This document shows, piece by piece, positions 50,119 to 59,909 of a DNA stretch of 64,000 bases. Origin of the DNA: a virus. Within the stretch, counting starts at the first letter, position 1; every line of letters begins with the position of its first letter. A program made the translations under genes and the position numbers. The notes beneath the pieces were generated by a model that did not search any database, was not told the origin of the DNA, and was given only the letters and a program-made list of their open reading frames with translations. Location: positions 66,480-130,479 of IMG/VR virus record IMGVR_UViG_3300020185_000013; one strand, written 5' to 3'.

Positions 50119-50361
50119 ATGGTACTTACACAAAATAACGTTTACGACAGCTCAACAGTAGAGGCAAGCTCTTATAACTATAAAGAGCAAATATTAACAG
50201 TCTTATTTAATCACGCAACCTACGTATACTACAACGTGGATGCAGAAGCATATCAAAACTTTGCGACTGCAGATTCTCAAGGTCGTGCCTTGAACCTGTT
50301 CATTAAGGGCAAATACGAATTTGAAAAAATTAATGAAACAAAACAGGAGGAAACTGTATAA
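50119..50361 (+). CDS. KTSC-domain protein
   Basis: SS.....Y......L.V.F....Y.Y..V....Y..F..A.S.G...N..IK..Y. Confidence 0.85.
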   Translation: MVLTQNNVYDSSTVEASSYNYKEQILTVLFNHATYVYYNVDAEAYQNFATADSQGRALNLFIKGKYEFEKINETKQEETV

Positions 50362-50374
50362 ATACTAAACGAAT

Positions 50375-50448
50375 GGACTCGTAGCTCAGCTGGATAGAGC
50401 ATCTGCCTTCTAAGCAGACGGTCACAGGTTCGAATCCTGTCGGGTTCA
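50375..50448 (+). tRNA. tRNA-Arg(TCT)
   Basis: Cloverleaf: GGACTCG/CGGGTTC, TCTGC-CTTCTAA-GCAGA, TTCGAAT; no encoded CCA. Confidence 0.95.
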
Positions 50449-50480
50449 CTAATAAAAATCCCAGACGTGTACTTTAATTT

Positions 50481-51065
50481 ATGGCTGACTTAAATGTAAT
50501 TATTATCGACAACTTTTACGACGATGCAATGGCAGTTCGTGAAATGGCTCTTAACATGGACTTTGGAGTTGATGGAAACTATCCAGGTCATAGAACCTCT
50601 CCAGCATATACGGAGTCGACTAGACGATTAATTCAAGCGGCCGTAAGACCGGCAGCAGGTGAGATCACTTATTGGCCTGAAGATTATACCGGAGCATTCC
50701 AATATACAACGTCGCGAGACAGAAGTTGGATTCATGCAGATGATGGTACAACTTGGGCTGGAGTGATCTACCTAACGCCTGATGCACCGCTTTCGGCAGG
50801 AACTGGTCATTTCAGACATAAAGCTACAGGTCTAGACAAGGCACCGAAGAATCCCGACGGTAGTGTTAATAGAGAATTGTTGGCAGAAATCAATAAGGAC
50901 TCTCAAGACATGACTAAATGGGAAATGACTGATCGAATTGCCAATAAGTTTAACCGATTGATTCTTTACCGCGGTGATATCTTCCATATGTCACTTGACT
51001 ATTTTGGACAGGACATGCATGACGGTCGACTATTTCAAACCTTTTTCTTCAGTACTGAGAGATAA
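50481..51065 (+). CDS. 2OG-Fe(II) oxygenase-like protein (DUF6445-like)
   Basis: IDNFY, IHAD, GVIYL, GT, NRLILY, FH, distal R. Confidence 0.75.
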   Translation: MADLNVIIIDNFYDDAMAVREMALNMDFGVDGNYPGHRTSPAYTESTRRLIQAAVRPAAGEITYWPEDYTGAFQYTTSRDRSWIHADDGTTWAGVIYLTPDAPLSAGTGHFRHKATGLDKAPKNPDGSVNRELLAEINKDSQDMTKWEMTDRIANKFNRLILYRGDIFHMSLDYFGQDMHDGRLFQTFFFSTER

Positions 51066-51150
51066 TGGACAATAATTTTATCTACTGGGAAGAGTCTTGG
51101 AATTCTGAAGACTCTAATGAGCAGGAGACTGAAAAGTAAAGTGCTTTTTA

Positions 51151-51181
51151 TTTTTTAGTCTTGTTTTTTTGTTTATATTAG
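51151..51181 (+). promoter_or_regulatory. Class I motif variant; ATG only 4 nt downstream (possible leaderless mRNA)
   Basis: TTTTTTAGTC..TATATTAG then CAAT-ATG. Confidence 0.6.
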
Positions 51182-51185
51182 CAAT

Positions 51186-51872
51186 ATGAGAATAACATTT
51201 ATAAGCGACACTCACACTAAACACCGACAGTTAAACCTGCCAGGTGGAGACTTGCTTGTTCATGCAGGTGACTTAATGAACAGCGGATATCTTAAGCATG
51301 AGATCACAGACTTTTGTAAGTGGTTTGAGGCTCAAGACTATGATCGGTGTCTGTTTATTGCCGGAAACCATGATCGTCTATTTGAGACTCTCCCAGAAGA
51401 GGTCGCAGAAATTGTAAACGAATATGGTATACATTATCTTCAGGACAGCCAATATCTATATGGAGACTTTCCAGATGAATTAGTAAAGATTTACGGTTCT
51501 CCATGGCAGCCTGAATTTTATAATTGGGCATTCAATCTTCCAAGATGTGGCACTGAATTAGAAAAGGCTTGGGAAGCAATTCCAGAAGATACTGATATCC
51601 TAGTTACTCATGGTCCTCCACAAGACCACCTTGATGTCAGCGGACCACCTTGGAACACTCCACATTTAGGGTGTGAGTTACTGCGAGTAAGAGTAGATAA
51701 GATCAAGCCGAAGATCCATGTGTTTGGTCATATCCACGGGAGTGCTGGTTATAAATTTCATGACGGTACTCACTTTATCAATGCTTCAGTATTGAATGAA
51801 GAATACAACGTAGTTAACCAGCCAATCACAGTAGATTGGGATCCAGTAACAAACGAACTACAATTTGTATAA
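51186..51872 (+). CDS. Calcineurin-like metallophosphoesterase (intact motifs)
   Basis: SDTH, HAGD, GNHD, THGPP, FGHIH. Confidence 0.9.
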   Translation: MRITFISDTHTKHRQLNLPGGDLLVHAGDLMNSGYLKHEITDFCKWFEAQDYDRCLFIAGNHDRLFETLPEEVAEIVNEYGIHYLQDSQYLYGDFPDELVKIYGSPWQPEFYNWAFNLPRCGTELEKAWEAIPEDTDILVTHGPPQDHLDVSGPPWNTPHLGCELLRVRVDKIKPKIHVFGHIHGSAGYKFHDGTHFINASVLNEEYNVVNQPITVDWDPVTNELQFV

Positions 51873-51907
51873 ATGTTAATAACTTTCTTAAAAAACTTAC
51901 CACGGCA

Positions 51908-51939
51908 TTTTTCTATGTCGTGGTTTTGTATTATATTTG
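51908..51939 (+). promoter_or_regulatory. Class I motif TATGTC-N12-TATATTTG
   Basis: Exact spacing. Confidence 0.8.
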
Positions 51940-51964
51940 TATAGTAAGTTAAAGATAAATCATT

Positions 51965-52201
51965 ATGGCCAAGAAAAAAGAAAAACAGGTAATCGCAGTT
52001 AAGAGTCCTAAAGTTGGAGAACAATATGCTTTTTATTTTGCTGGAGGTAAAATGCACGGTACATTAGTTTCAAAAAATGAAAAGTTGACTAATCATTATA
52101 GCGAGCCTTGGTTTACATTTGAAGTTGAAAAGGGAAGCTACGGTCATGAAAGAACAATGAAATATCCAGTTTCAATTTATGACATTACGGGTAAGGTCTA
52201 A
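51965..52201 (+). CDS. Small hypothetical
   Basis: ORF after a class I motif. Confidence 0.6.
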   Translation: MAKKKEKQVIAVKSPKVGEQYAFYFAGGKMHGTLVSKNEKLTNHYSEPWFTFEVEKGSYGHERTMKYPVSIYDITGKV

Positions 52202-52230
52202 AAAATAATTTGAAAAAACTTGCACAAAAG

Positions 52231-52262
52231 TTTTTTTATGTCAAGTTTTTTGTTTATATTAG
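52231..52262 (+). promoter_or_regulatory. Class I motif
   Basis: TTTTTTTATGTC-N12-TATATTAG. Confidence 0.8.
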
Positions 52263-52286
52263 TAGTATAAGTTAAAGATAAAGTTT

Positions 52287-52577
52287 ATGTCAGTTCAAAA
52301 AATTATAGTTCACACTCAGTATTTAGAAAACTATGGCTTCCATGAAGGAGGCGAGCATTGGAAGCCTAAAGGCGGTTATGACTTCTATGTCATGATGGAC
52401 CTTGATCTTGTTATGTACAGTGATCCTAAAGCGATCTTCAGTGAGATGCTGAAAGCCAAGTGTAATGAACTTAATAAGTTTGAATACATAGACTATAGTG
52501 TCCAGTGGGAAGAACCTGAGCTCCTGGGTACTCAAGAAGATTACATTCAGGTCAATCAAAAACTTGAAACAATTTAA
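52287..52577 (+). CDS. Small hypothetical
   Basis: TQYLENYG...HWKPKGG; after a class I motif. Confidence 0.65.
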   Translation: MSVQKIIVHTQYLENYGFHEGGEHWKPKGGYDFYVMMDLDLVMYSDPKAIFSEMLKAKCNELNKFEYIDYSVQWEEPELLGTQEDYIQVNQKLETI

Positions 52578-52593
52578 ATAAATCACCACAGGA

Positions 52594-52625
52594 TTTTTTT
52601 ATGTCAAGAATTTTGTTTATATTAG
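52594..52625 (+). promoter_or_regulatory. Class I motif
   Basis: TATGTC-N12-TATATTAG. Confidence 0.8.
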
Positions 52626-52648
52626 TATAGTAATTAGAAGTTAACAAT

Positions 52649-53041
52649 ATGAAAGTACAACAATTCACCAAAACAAATCTTCGTCAAATCAACGACGAAA
52701 TGCAACAAGCAATGAAAGCCGTAGCCGCTAAGTACGGACTTGAAATCAAACTGGGAAACACTCGTTTTTCTGGAAATAATGCAAGCTCAAAATTTGAGAT
52801 GATGACCATTTCAGAAAGCGGAAACGTAATGACGAAAGAAGCTCTTGACTTTAATCGTTATAAGAATTATAAAGACATCAATGCTAATTTGTTCGACTCT
52901 TTCCAATACCAGGGTAATACTTACACAATCATAGGTTATAAGCCTAGAAGTAGCAAATACCCAATCTTGGCTAAGTGTTCCGAAGACGGCAAAACATATA
53001 AACTACCTATTAACCTTGTAAATCGTTACACTAATGGATAA
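52649..53041 (+). CDS. Hypothetical protein
   Basis: ORF after a class I motif. Confidence 0.65.
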   Translation: MKVQQFTKTNLRQINDEMQQAMKAVAAKYGLEIKLGNTRFSGNNASSKFEMMTISESGNVMTKEALDFNRYKNYKDINANLFDSFQYQGNTYTIIGYKPRSSKYPILAKCSEDGKTYKLPINLVNRYTNG

Positions 53042-53372
53042 TGTATTAGAAATCATCAAAGACAAAGAAGAAGCTAGCTATATGACTAGCGGAACTCACC
53101 TCCAAGACCATCTGTATGGAGTAACATATGCTCAATTGGTAAAAGCATTCGGACAGCCACTGTATGGTCCTGAGGATAGCGGAGATGGCAAAGTACAATT
53201 TGAATGGATATTCAAACATAACGGAGAAGTATTCACCCTGTATGACTGGAAGACCTACGATATGGAGTACACGATTAACGAATTGACTACTTGGAATATT
53301 GGCGGAAAAACATATGCTGGCAATTTCACTGAAGATATTATGAACATGATAAACGAAACTGTAAATGCCTGA
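53034..53372 (+). CDS. Hypothetical protein
   Basis: Y..LV..FG.P, DGKV..EW, TLYDWK, WNIGG. Confidence 0.65.
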   Translation: MDNVLEIIKDKEEASYMTSGTHLQDHLYGVTYAQLVKAFGQPLYGPEDSGDGKVQFEWIFKHNGEVFTLYDWKTYDMEYTINELTTWNIGGKTYAGNFTEDIMNMINETVNA

Positions 53373-54228
53373 ATTAGCAGAACTTAAACTAACCGCCGAT
53401 TATATCAATAAGGCGTCAAAAGGTCGTACTTATACTGATATTAAAAAGAATCCAGCACATAAGGGCAAAGTATTTGAGGTACCATACAACGAGTTTAGTA
53501 TTAGCGCAAAGAGCCGTGGAAAGGAAATGGTTCTCTATATTCATGACCTATTGACTGAAAATAATTTACCAGTTCGATGGACAATGGGAATGGCTGGTCA
53601 CTTCAGGCTTTCGAAAACTGGAGAGGAGAATAAACATGCACATATGATGTTTACGTCAACTGATGGTTATACCTTGAGTTTTGTGGATGTACGTCGTTTT
53701 GGGAAATGGAAGCCAGGTTTTGAATGGTCAGATAATCGAGGACCAGACCCAACATCTGAAGAGGAAGCATTTAAACAAAACATTTACGATAACTTGCATA
53801 AACGTGAATTTGACAAGCCACTTAATGAGGTACTAATGAATCAAAAGTACTTTAATGGGATCGGCAATTATTTACGTGCTGAAATTATCTATCGAATGGA
53901 AGACCTATATCCATTCACCGATACCAGAACAGTGATTGAGAATCGAGGAGATGAGTTGTTTATGCTATGTAAAGCAGTTCCAGACCTAGCCTATGTTATG
54001 GGCGGTGGAGAAATCAAGGACTGGAAGAATCCATTTAAGAATGAGACCGACTACATGCGAACACGTTCCGACTTCTTTTTATGCTACGGAAATGAAACAA
54101 TGTCACAAGTTGTGGATAAAACAGGTAGAAGATTTTGGTATCATCCTAAATGGGACACTATTGATATGAACTCTGAATGGGACCATTATTCAGGATTACC
54201 AAACCCTAAAGCATACGAAAACATATGA
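53365..54228 (+). CDS. Fpg/Nei-family DNA glycosylase/AP lyase
   Basis: N-terminal MPELAE, RGKE, GMAG, D.RRFG, LMNQ..F.GIGNYLR.E. Confidence 0.9.
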   Translation: MPELAELKLTADYINKASKGRTYTDIKKNPAHKGKVFEVPYNEFSISAKSRGKEMVLYIHDLLTENNLPVRWTMGMAGHFRLSKTGEENKHAHMMFTSTDGYTLSFVDVRRFGKWKPGFEWSDNRGPDPTSEEEAFKQNIYDNLHKREFDKPLNEVLMNQKYFNGIGNYLRAEIIYRMEDLYPFTDTRTVIENRGDELFMLCKAVPDLAYVMGGGEIKDWKNPFKNETDYMRTRSDFFLCYGNETMSQVVDKTGRRFWYHPKWDTIDMNSEWDHYSGLPNPKAYENI

Positions 54229-54698
54229 AATTAATACTAGTAGGTAAAGCAGCGTCTGGAAAAGACTATCTAAAAACAAAACTTCGCAACAAAGGATTCG
54301 TATCTGGTGTAAGTCACACCACACGACCACCTAGAGTTAATGAAGTTGACGGAGTTGATTATCACTTTGTTAGCGATGAAACATTCCAACAAATGGTTCA
54401 GAACGGAGAGTTCATCGAATACATGTCATTTAATGGTTGTTATTATGGTCAAACTGAAGAAGACTATAACAAAGCTGATGTTATGATTATGAGTAAAGAT
54501 GGATTAGATCTTTTACCCCAAAAGTTTAGAGAGCAGGCAATTGTTGTCTATCTTGACATTCCTAGAAAAGCCCGCATTGAGCGCTTAAACTCTAGAAATG
54601 ATATTAACGATAGCGTACATCGTAGATTACAGGCAGATGAAGAACAATTTAAGGACTTCAAAGACTACGATATCCGCATTACCAATGATAATTTTTAA
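54225..54698 (+). CDS. Guanylate kinase-like
   Basis: GKAASGKD, SHTTRPPR..EVDGVDYHFV, YG. Confidence 0.85.
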   Translation: MKLILVGKAASGKDYLKTKLRNKGFVSGVSHTTRPPRVNEVDGVDYHFVSDETFQQMVQNGEFIEYMSFNGCYYGQTEEDYNKADVMIMSKDGLDLLPQKFREQAIVVYLDIPRKARIERLNSRNDINDSVHRRLQADEEQFKDFKDYDIRITNDNF

Positions 54699-54736
54699 GA
54701 ATATATAAAATCCGAATTTTTTAATTTTTCACAAAT

Positions 54737-55267
54737 ATGAGTAACATCGAAACACTACAAAACAAAAGAACTGAACTTGAAAAACAAGTTGAAGAATTGC
54801 AATTGCGTAATGCAGAGCATGAGTTCGAAATTGATCTAGAAGAGCGCAGAATCGTTAAGACGGTTATGGATCACCTAGATAAAGGCTACACTTGGAAGAC
54901 TCAAAATGCTGCAGTTGTAGTAACCCTTTACGATCGCTTGAAAAAGCAACACAAAGAACTTACTTCTGAAGATGAAGGTGCAGTTGTAAAACTTCGCGGT
55001 CATGAATTGAATGGTCTTTACCAAGCACTACTTGGAGTTGAAGGAACTGGAGTTGAAAACGCTCGCAGATTCATCAAAATGCTAACAATGGTTGGTGAAG
55101 CAGTTACTGACGCAATGAAAGTTCTAGGTGAAATGAACAAAGAGGTTCAAGATCTACATGGTGAACTTTCTGAACTTGACCAAGACATTCAAGCACTTCA
55201 AGCTGCTGAAGCTACTGAAAGCGTAGAACCAGAACTAGAAGTAGTTACTGATGAAACAGAAAAGTAA
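54737..55267 (+). CDS. Coiled-coil hypothetical
   Basis: GAATATATA at 54699; heptad pattern. Confidence 0.6.
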   Translation: MSNIETLQNKRTELEKQVEELQLRNAEHEFEIDLEERRIVKTVMDHLDKGYTWKTQNAAVVVTLYDRLKKQHKELTSEDEGAVVKLRGHELNGLYQALLGVEGTGVENARRFIKMLTMVGEAVTDAMKVLGEMNKEVQDLHGELSELDQDIQALQAAEATESVEPELEVVTDETEK

Positions 55268-55787
55268 GAGCCAAAAGCGAATCGAGCTTTTAGATCTTGT
55301 TTCTGAATCAATCACACAGGATGATGTCTTTAATGTAATTGACTATAGAAATAAGAGTGAGGATCAGATAAAGCAATTTATCTATCCTCACCTTGTTGAT
55401 GACCTTGCACAGTACATGGTACAGGAACAGGGAATCGATAAAGCAGTTGCAAAGGACAAAATCAAAAAGTCACTTAAATGGGAGGGTAATGTCAATACGA
55501 CAATTAACCATATCCTGTTTATGGGAACTCAGAATCGACCAGATATGATTCTTGAGATTAATGGACTTAAGATTGCGATTGAATTTAAGAGAGGAGATAA
55601 GGGCTCAGATTTAAGATCTGGGATAGGCCAATCAATGGTCTATTCAACTCACTATGACTTTGTCTTGTACCTATTTATAGATACGTCAAAGGATAAGAGA
55701 ATCGTAAATGCCAGAGGAGGAGTCAATGAAACTGAATTCGTTGAGCTTTTATGGGATCAGTTTAATATTAAATTCGTTACAATTTAA
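55251..55787 (+). CDS. PD-(D/E)xK nuclease-like protein
   Basis: E...RPD.......AIEFK.....G.GQ...Y. Confidence 0.7.
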   Translation: MKQKSKSQKRIELLDLVSESITQDDVFNVIDYRNKSEDQIKQFIYPHLVDDLAQYMVQEQGIDKAVAKDKIKKSLKWEGNVNTTINHILFMGTQNRPDMILEINGLKIAIEFKRGDKGSDLRSGIGQSMVYSTHYDFVLYLFIDTSKDKRIVNARGGVNETEFVELLWDQFNIKFVTI

Positions 55788-56302
55788 TGCGAAGATTTGT
55801 AATCTCTAACCTACAACTAGGTAGACCAAATGCGATCAAAAACTACGATCGCCCATTTGATAATGTAGATCAGATGGACTCACACATTATTAACCAGTGG
55901 AACTCTGTTGTTAAGGACGGAGACCTAGTATATCATATTGGTAATTTTGCATGGGATCCTAAGACTGTACAGAATGCAATCAGTAAATTGAATGGAACTA
56001 TTTGGTTTATTCCAGGAGAACTGGATGGGGCAGTTCTAGAGCTTGGCTCAAAAAAGATGCTATCTGACGGTAGTTCTGTGTGTGAAAGAATCATGCCACT
56101 CCATAAAATGAAAGTTACCCTTTCATACTGGCCAATGAAAGAATGGCCAAACAAATCTGACGGCTATTGGTCAATAATTGGTCATCCTGGAAAAGAGTAC
56201 AAGTCTGACCCAAAAGAGATGACAATTAATGTTAGTGCTGACCTGTGGAAGTTTAAACCACAGGAACTACAACCCCTGCTAGGTATTTTCCAAGACCTGT
56301 AA
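55787..56302 (+). CDS. Calcineurin-like phosphoesterase homologue with degenerate metal ligands
   Basis: SNLQLG, RPF.NV..MD...I..WN..V...D.VYHIGNF, PGELD, SYWP, GHPG. Confidence 0.7.
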   Translation: MRRFVISNLQLGRPNAIKNYDRPFDNVDQMDSHIINQWNSVVKDGDLVYHIGNFAWDPKTVQNAISKLNGTIWFIPGELDGAVLELGSKKMLSDGSSVCERIMPLHKMKVTLSYWPMKEWPNKSDGYWSIIGHPGKEYKSDPKEMTINVSADLWKFKPQELQPLLGIFQDL

Positions 56303-56328
56303 CTTTTTTTGATTTTTTTCACAAAAAG

Positions 56329-56360
56329 TTTTTCCGTTTGGAAAAAAAGGTTTATATTAG
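56329..56360 (+). promoter_or_regulatory. Class I variant promoter upstream of the ECF sigma
   Basis: TTTTTCCGTTTG-N12-TATATTAG. Confidence 0.6.
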
Positions 56361-56380
56361 CATAGTAAAATAAAAACAAT

Positions 56381-56992
56381 ATGAGCAAGAACAAAAAATC
56401 GTACAAAGCATTAGGACTAGAATTCTACAACACTCGCACTGAAAAAGCTTACAGTGAACTTTATAAGCGCGTTCGACCAGGACTTAAAAGCTACATTTGG
56501 AATATATTGAAAGACGAAGAAGCAGTTGAAGATGTTCTTGCAAATACACTGCTTAAGCTTTGGACTAAAATTGACCAATACAAACCAGAATACCAAATCA
56601 CAACTTGGTTATATCGTATTGCATTCAATGAAAGCTTAGGTTACATTCGCGAACGTAATAAAAAGTACAGCATTGATGGTATGCGAGAGCTTGGAATTGA
56701 AGTAAACAATAATTCAACTCTTAACGAATCTCTTTCAGTTCTAATTGAAGATGCAGAAATGCTGCGTACTGAATCTGATTTTTGGGAAGAAGAAAACGAA
56801 CTAATGGCTCAATATGAACTTGCACTTCGTTGTATTCAAGCCCTAAAACCAATGTATCGTGATATTCTATCAGATCGATTAATTGGTAAAATGAAATATG
56901 AAGATATTGCGTCAAAATATAACGTGCCTTTACAGACAGTTAAGAACCGTATTCGTAGAGGTAAATCTCTCGTTGCAGAATCAATGAAATAA
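56381..56992 (+). CDS. ECF-type sigma-70 factor
   Basis: EDV...T.LKLW, TWLYRIA.N, Y.DIA....PL.TVKNRIRRGK. Confidence 0.9.
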   Translation: MSKNKKSYKALGLEFYNTRTEKAYSELYKRVRPGLKSYIWNILKDEEAVEDVLANTLLKLWTKIDQYKPEYQITTWLYRIAFNESLGYIRERNKKYSIDGMRELGIEVNNNSTLNESLSVLIEDAEMLRTESDFWEEENELMAQYELALRCIQALKPMYRDILSDRLIGKMKYEDIASKYNVPLQTVKNRIRRGKSLVAESMK

Positions 56993-56993
56993 T

Positions 56994-57929
56994 ATGGAAG
57001 GTAAAAAGATCTTCATTACAGGTGGAGCCGGATATCTCGGCTCCAACCTTGTTTCTAGGTATTATGATAAAAATGAAATCACCGTATATTCTCGTGATGA
57101 GGCAAAACACTATTACCTCAAGAAAAGGTTTCCAAATGTCAACTGCGTTGTTGGTGATATCCGCAACTTTGACTTAATGAAAAGAGCGGCTAAAGGACAT
57201 GATATTGGTATCTTTGCTGCTTCTTTAAAACAGATAGGTGCGGTCGATCAGAATGTCGAAGAGGCGGTTCGTGTAATTGTTGATGGCGCAATTAATTCTC
57301 GCAGAGTTGCGGAAGAGGTTGGCATGGAGGCTGCATGTTTTATCTCATCAGATAAGTCTAGAGCAGCAACCACACTATACGGTGCTATGAAATTTGTTGC
57401 AGGAGAAAGCTTTATTGTTAACTCACATAGAACTGAAACCCGTTTATCTTCTGCTATTTATGGTAATGTACTTAATTCAACTGGTAGTGTCATCCCGTTA
57501 ATGTGGGATGCAATTAAAAGAGGATATGAGTTAACACTTTACTCCGATAAGATGACCAGGTTTATGATCGATATCAACGAGGCAATGGATCTTATTGAGA
57601 TGGGACTTGAAGTTGATGGTTATAATGTTGTACCAAATCTAAAAGCATTTCTTATTAAGGACCTATTTGAAATCTTTGCTGATAAGTTCGGTCTTAAATA
57701 TAAGATGGGAGTACCTAGAATTTCAGAAAAGCTACACGAAATGATGATTTCAGCTGAAGAGGCTCCGAGAACCTATTTTAACCAGGAAAAGAATGCCTTT
57801 TTCATGCACTATGAAAATTTAGCACAGGATCCAATTAACTTTGAATTTACAAGCGATAATGTCGCAGTTTCTAAGCTAGAATTAGAACAAATTTTACAAC
57901 AACATAATTATTTTAAAGATGAGCTATAA
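56994..57929 (+). CDS. NDP-sugar 4,6-dehydratase (PseB/CapE/FnlA-like SDR)
   Basis: ITGGAGYLG, YSRDE.K, GDIR, A.LK, SSDK, YGAMK, YGNV..S.GSVIP, MTRF, EKLHE. Confidence 0.88.
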   Translation: MEGKKIFITGGAGYLGSNLVSRYYDKNEITVYSRDEAKHYYLKKRFPNVNCVVGDIRNFDLMKRAAKGHDIGIFAASLKQIGAVDQNVEEAVRVIVDGAINSRRVAEEVGMEAACFISSDKSRAATTLYGAMKFVAGESFIVNSHRTETRLSSAIYGNVLNSTGSVIPLMWDAIKRGYELTLYSDKMTRFMIDINEAMDLIEMGLEVDGYNVVPNLKAFLIKDLFEIFADKFGLKYKMGVPRISEKLHEMMISAEEAPRTYFNQEKNAFFMHYENLAQDPINFEFTSDNVAVSKLELEQILQQHNYFKDEL

Positions 57930-59157
57930 AAAAAGAACAGAGTGTGCTGTCTGTAGAAACAAGGAATTAAAGACCATTATGAAATATGGCGAGGTTCCAT
58001 TAGCTGGATATTTTCCATCTGATCTAGACGTTGTGATGGATTTTACATATAACATGGATCTTGTCTATTGTGAGAGTTGTACATTGGTACAAACTGACTC
58101 AATGGTCGACGCTAGCGTTCTGTTTGAAGACTACAGATATATGTCTTCAATTGGATTAACGGGTCATTTTAATTCGGTTGCTAAAATGTTAGTCAATGAT
58201 TATAACCCAAAAGATGTCCTAGAAATAGGCTCGAATGATGGCGTATTGTTGCTACCATTACAAGAACTTGGAGTAAACGCGGTTGGGGTAGATCCTGCTT
58301 CAAATGTAGTTGATGTTGCGATTGAGAAAGGATGTAACGTTTACAAGGATTACTTTTCTGAAGAATTTGTAAAACAGAATAGCCTAGAAAATAGCTTTGA
58401 TATGATTGTGAGCAATAATTGCTTTGCGCATATTGACGATATCCATTCTATTGTAAGAGGGGCAAAACTTGCCCTGAAAGCAGATGGTAGAATGTCAATT
58501 GAAGTTCATTATATTAAAGACTTAATTAATAAGACTCAATACGAAACAGTATACCACGAACACCTATACTATTATTCTGTAACTGCTCTAAACAATCTAT
58601 TTAAGCAGTACGGAATGACGATTGAAAGAGTAGACTTTATTCCAATTCATGGAGGTTCTATTAGAGTAATCGTTAATAATCAGGATCTTGAATTGAGTAA
58701 TCAAATTAACAAGATATTAAGTGAAGAGCGGGAATTAGGCTTAACTTCATTTAATCACTTTAAACATTTTGGAGATATTTCAGTCGAGCACATTAATTCA
58801 GTAAAGAATACAATTATCCGTTTAAAAAATAGCGGCGCAAAGATTGCCGGATATGGTGCATCTGGAAGGGGTAATATCTTTTGTAAGCTCTGTAATTTAA
58901 CACCTGACTTAATTGACTATATTGTTGATGAATCTCCAGAAAGAATGTGGAGATTTACACCAAACACTGGCATTCCAATCTTACCAAAAAGTGAACTAGA
59001 AAATAATAGACCAGACTACATATTCATATTTGCATGGAACTATTCAAAAATGATAATCGACAAGCTAAAAGGACAGGGCTTTAAGTTTATTATCGCATTT
59101 CCAGAACTTGTTATCGTCGAAGACTCTAAAGAGCTAGACGAAAAAGTATTTATATGA
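57919..59157 (+). CDS. NDP-sugar C-methyltransferase
   Basis: N-terminal CxxC...CxxC zinc motif, EIGSNDG, N.FAH, YHEH..YYS, HGGS, GYGA..RG, FAWN. Confidence 0.88.
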   Translation: MSYKKRTECAVCRNKELKTIMKYGEVPLAGYFPSDLDVVMDFTYNMDLVYCESCTLVQTDSMVDASVLFEDYRYMSSIGLTGHFNSVAKMLVNDYNPKDVLEIGSNDGVLLLPLQELGVNAVGVDPASNVVDVAIEKGCNVYKDYFSEEFVKQNSLENSFDMIVSNNCFAHIDDIHSIVRGAKLALKADGRMSIEVHYIKDLINKTQYETVYHEHLYYYSVTALNNLFKQYGMTIERVDFIPIHGGSIRVIVNNQDLELSNQINKILSEERELGLTSFNHFKHFGDISVEHINSVKNTIIRLKNSGAKIAGYGASGRGNIFCKLCNLTPDLIDYIVDESPERMWRFTPNTGIPILPKSELENNRPDYIFIFAWNYSKMIIDKLKGQGFKFIIAFPELVIVEDSKELDEKVFI

Positions 59158-59909
59158 TCAGTTTAGACCGTAAATTAAAGGTACTTATTTTAGGACATAG
59201 TGGAATGCTTGGCCATATGGTTAAGCTCTATCTTGAGCAGTTTTACGAGATTGAAACAATTGACCATCGCTGGCCAGGATTTCAATTTAGAGAAGCTGTT
59301 CATCATTCGGATGCAGATTACTTAATAAACTGTATTGGCGCAATTCCACAACGGACTGATAATTTTCATGTTAACATTGAATTGCCTATTTGGTTAGATA
59401 GTAACTTTAACGGTCGTATAATTCACCCTAGTTCTGACTGTACTGTAGTAGAAGATGAATATAGCATGTCAAAGGTAAGTTCAGAAGACTGGCTCATGCA
59501 ACATGGACTACGAACTAAGATTATTAAGACTTCAATTATTGGTTATGAATTAGCCGGTAACGCAAGTCTAATGGAATGGTTCTTATCAAACAGCGACGGA
59601 GAAGAGACTCGAGGTTATACTGATCATTTTTGGAATGGCTCAACTACTCTACAATGGGCAAAACATGCTGAATTAATGATTGAACGATGGAATAAGCAAA
59701 TGGACCTAACCATTATCGGCACACATACTTCTTCAAAGCATCATATCCTTAGATTACTAAATTCCATATTTAACAGGAACATTAATGTAATACCATATGA
59801 AACTGGTAAACCTGTAAACAAAAGCCTAGATCTGGATATAATGTATGGAAGTCTCGAAAATCAAATTAGAGAGATGAAAGAATTCTATGAAGCTAAGAAG
59901 ACCAGATAG
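59154..59909 (+). CDS. RmlD-like NAD(P)-dependent sugar reductase
   Basis: LGHSGMLG, INCIG, N..LP, SSDC, Y..SK, TSIIG, L.EWF. Confidence 0.8.
   Translation: MISLDRKLKVLILGHSGMLGHMVKLYLEQFYEIETIDHRWPGFQFREAVHHSDADYLINCIGAIPQRTDNFHVNIELPIWLDSNFNGRIIHPSSDCTVVEDEYSMSKVSSEDWLMQHGLRTKIIKTSIIGYELAGNASLMEWFLSNSDGEETRGYTDHFWNGSTTLQWAKHAELMIERWNKQMDLTIIGTHTSSKHHILRLLNSIFNRNINVIPYETGKPVNKSLDLDIMYGSLENQIREMKEFYEAKKTR

Noticed and set aside
51065-51139. 24-aa acidic ORF MDNNFIYWEESWNSEDSNEQETEK
   Set aside because: Possible coupled micro-gene, but no evidence beyond the TAATG overlap.
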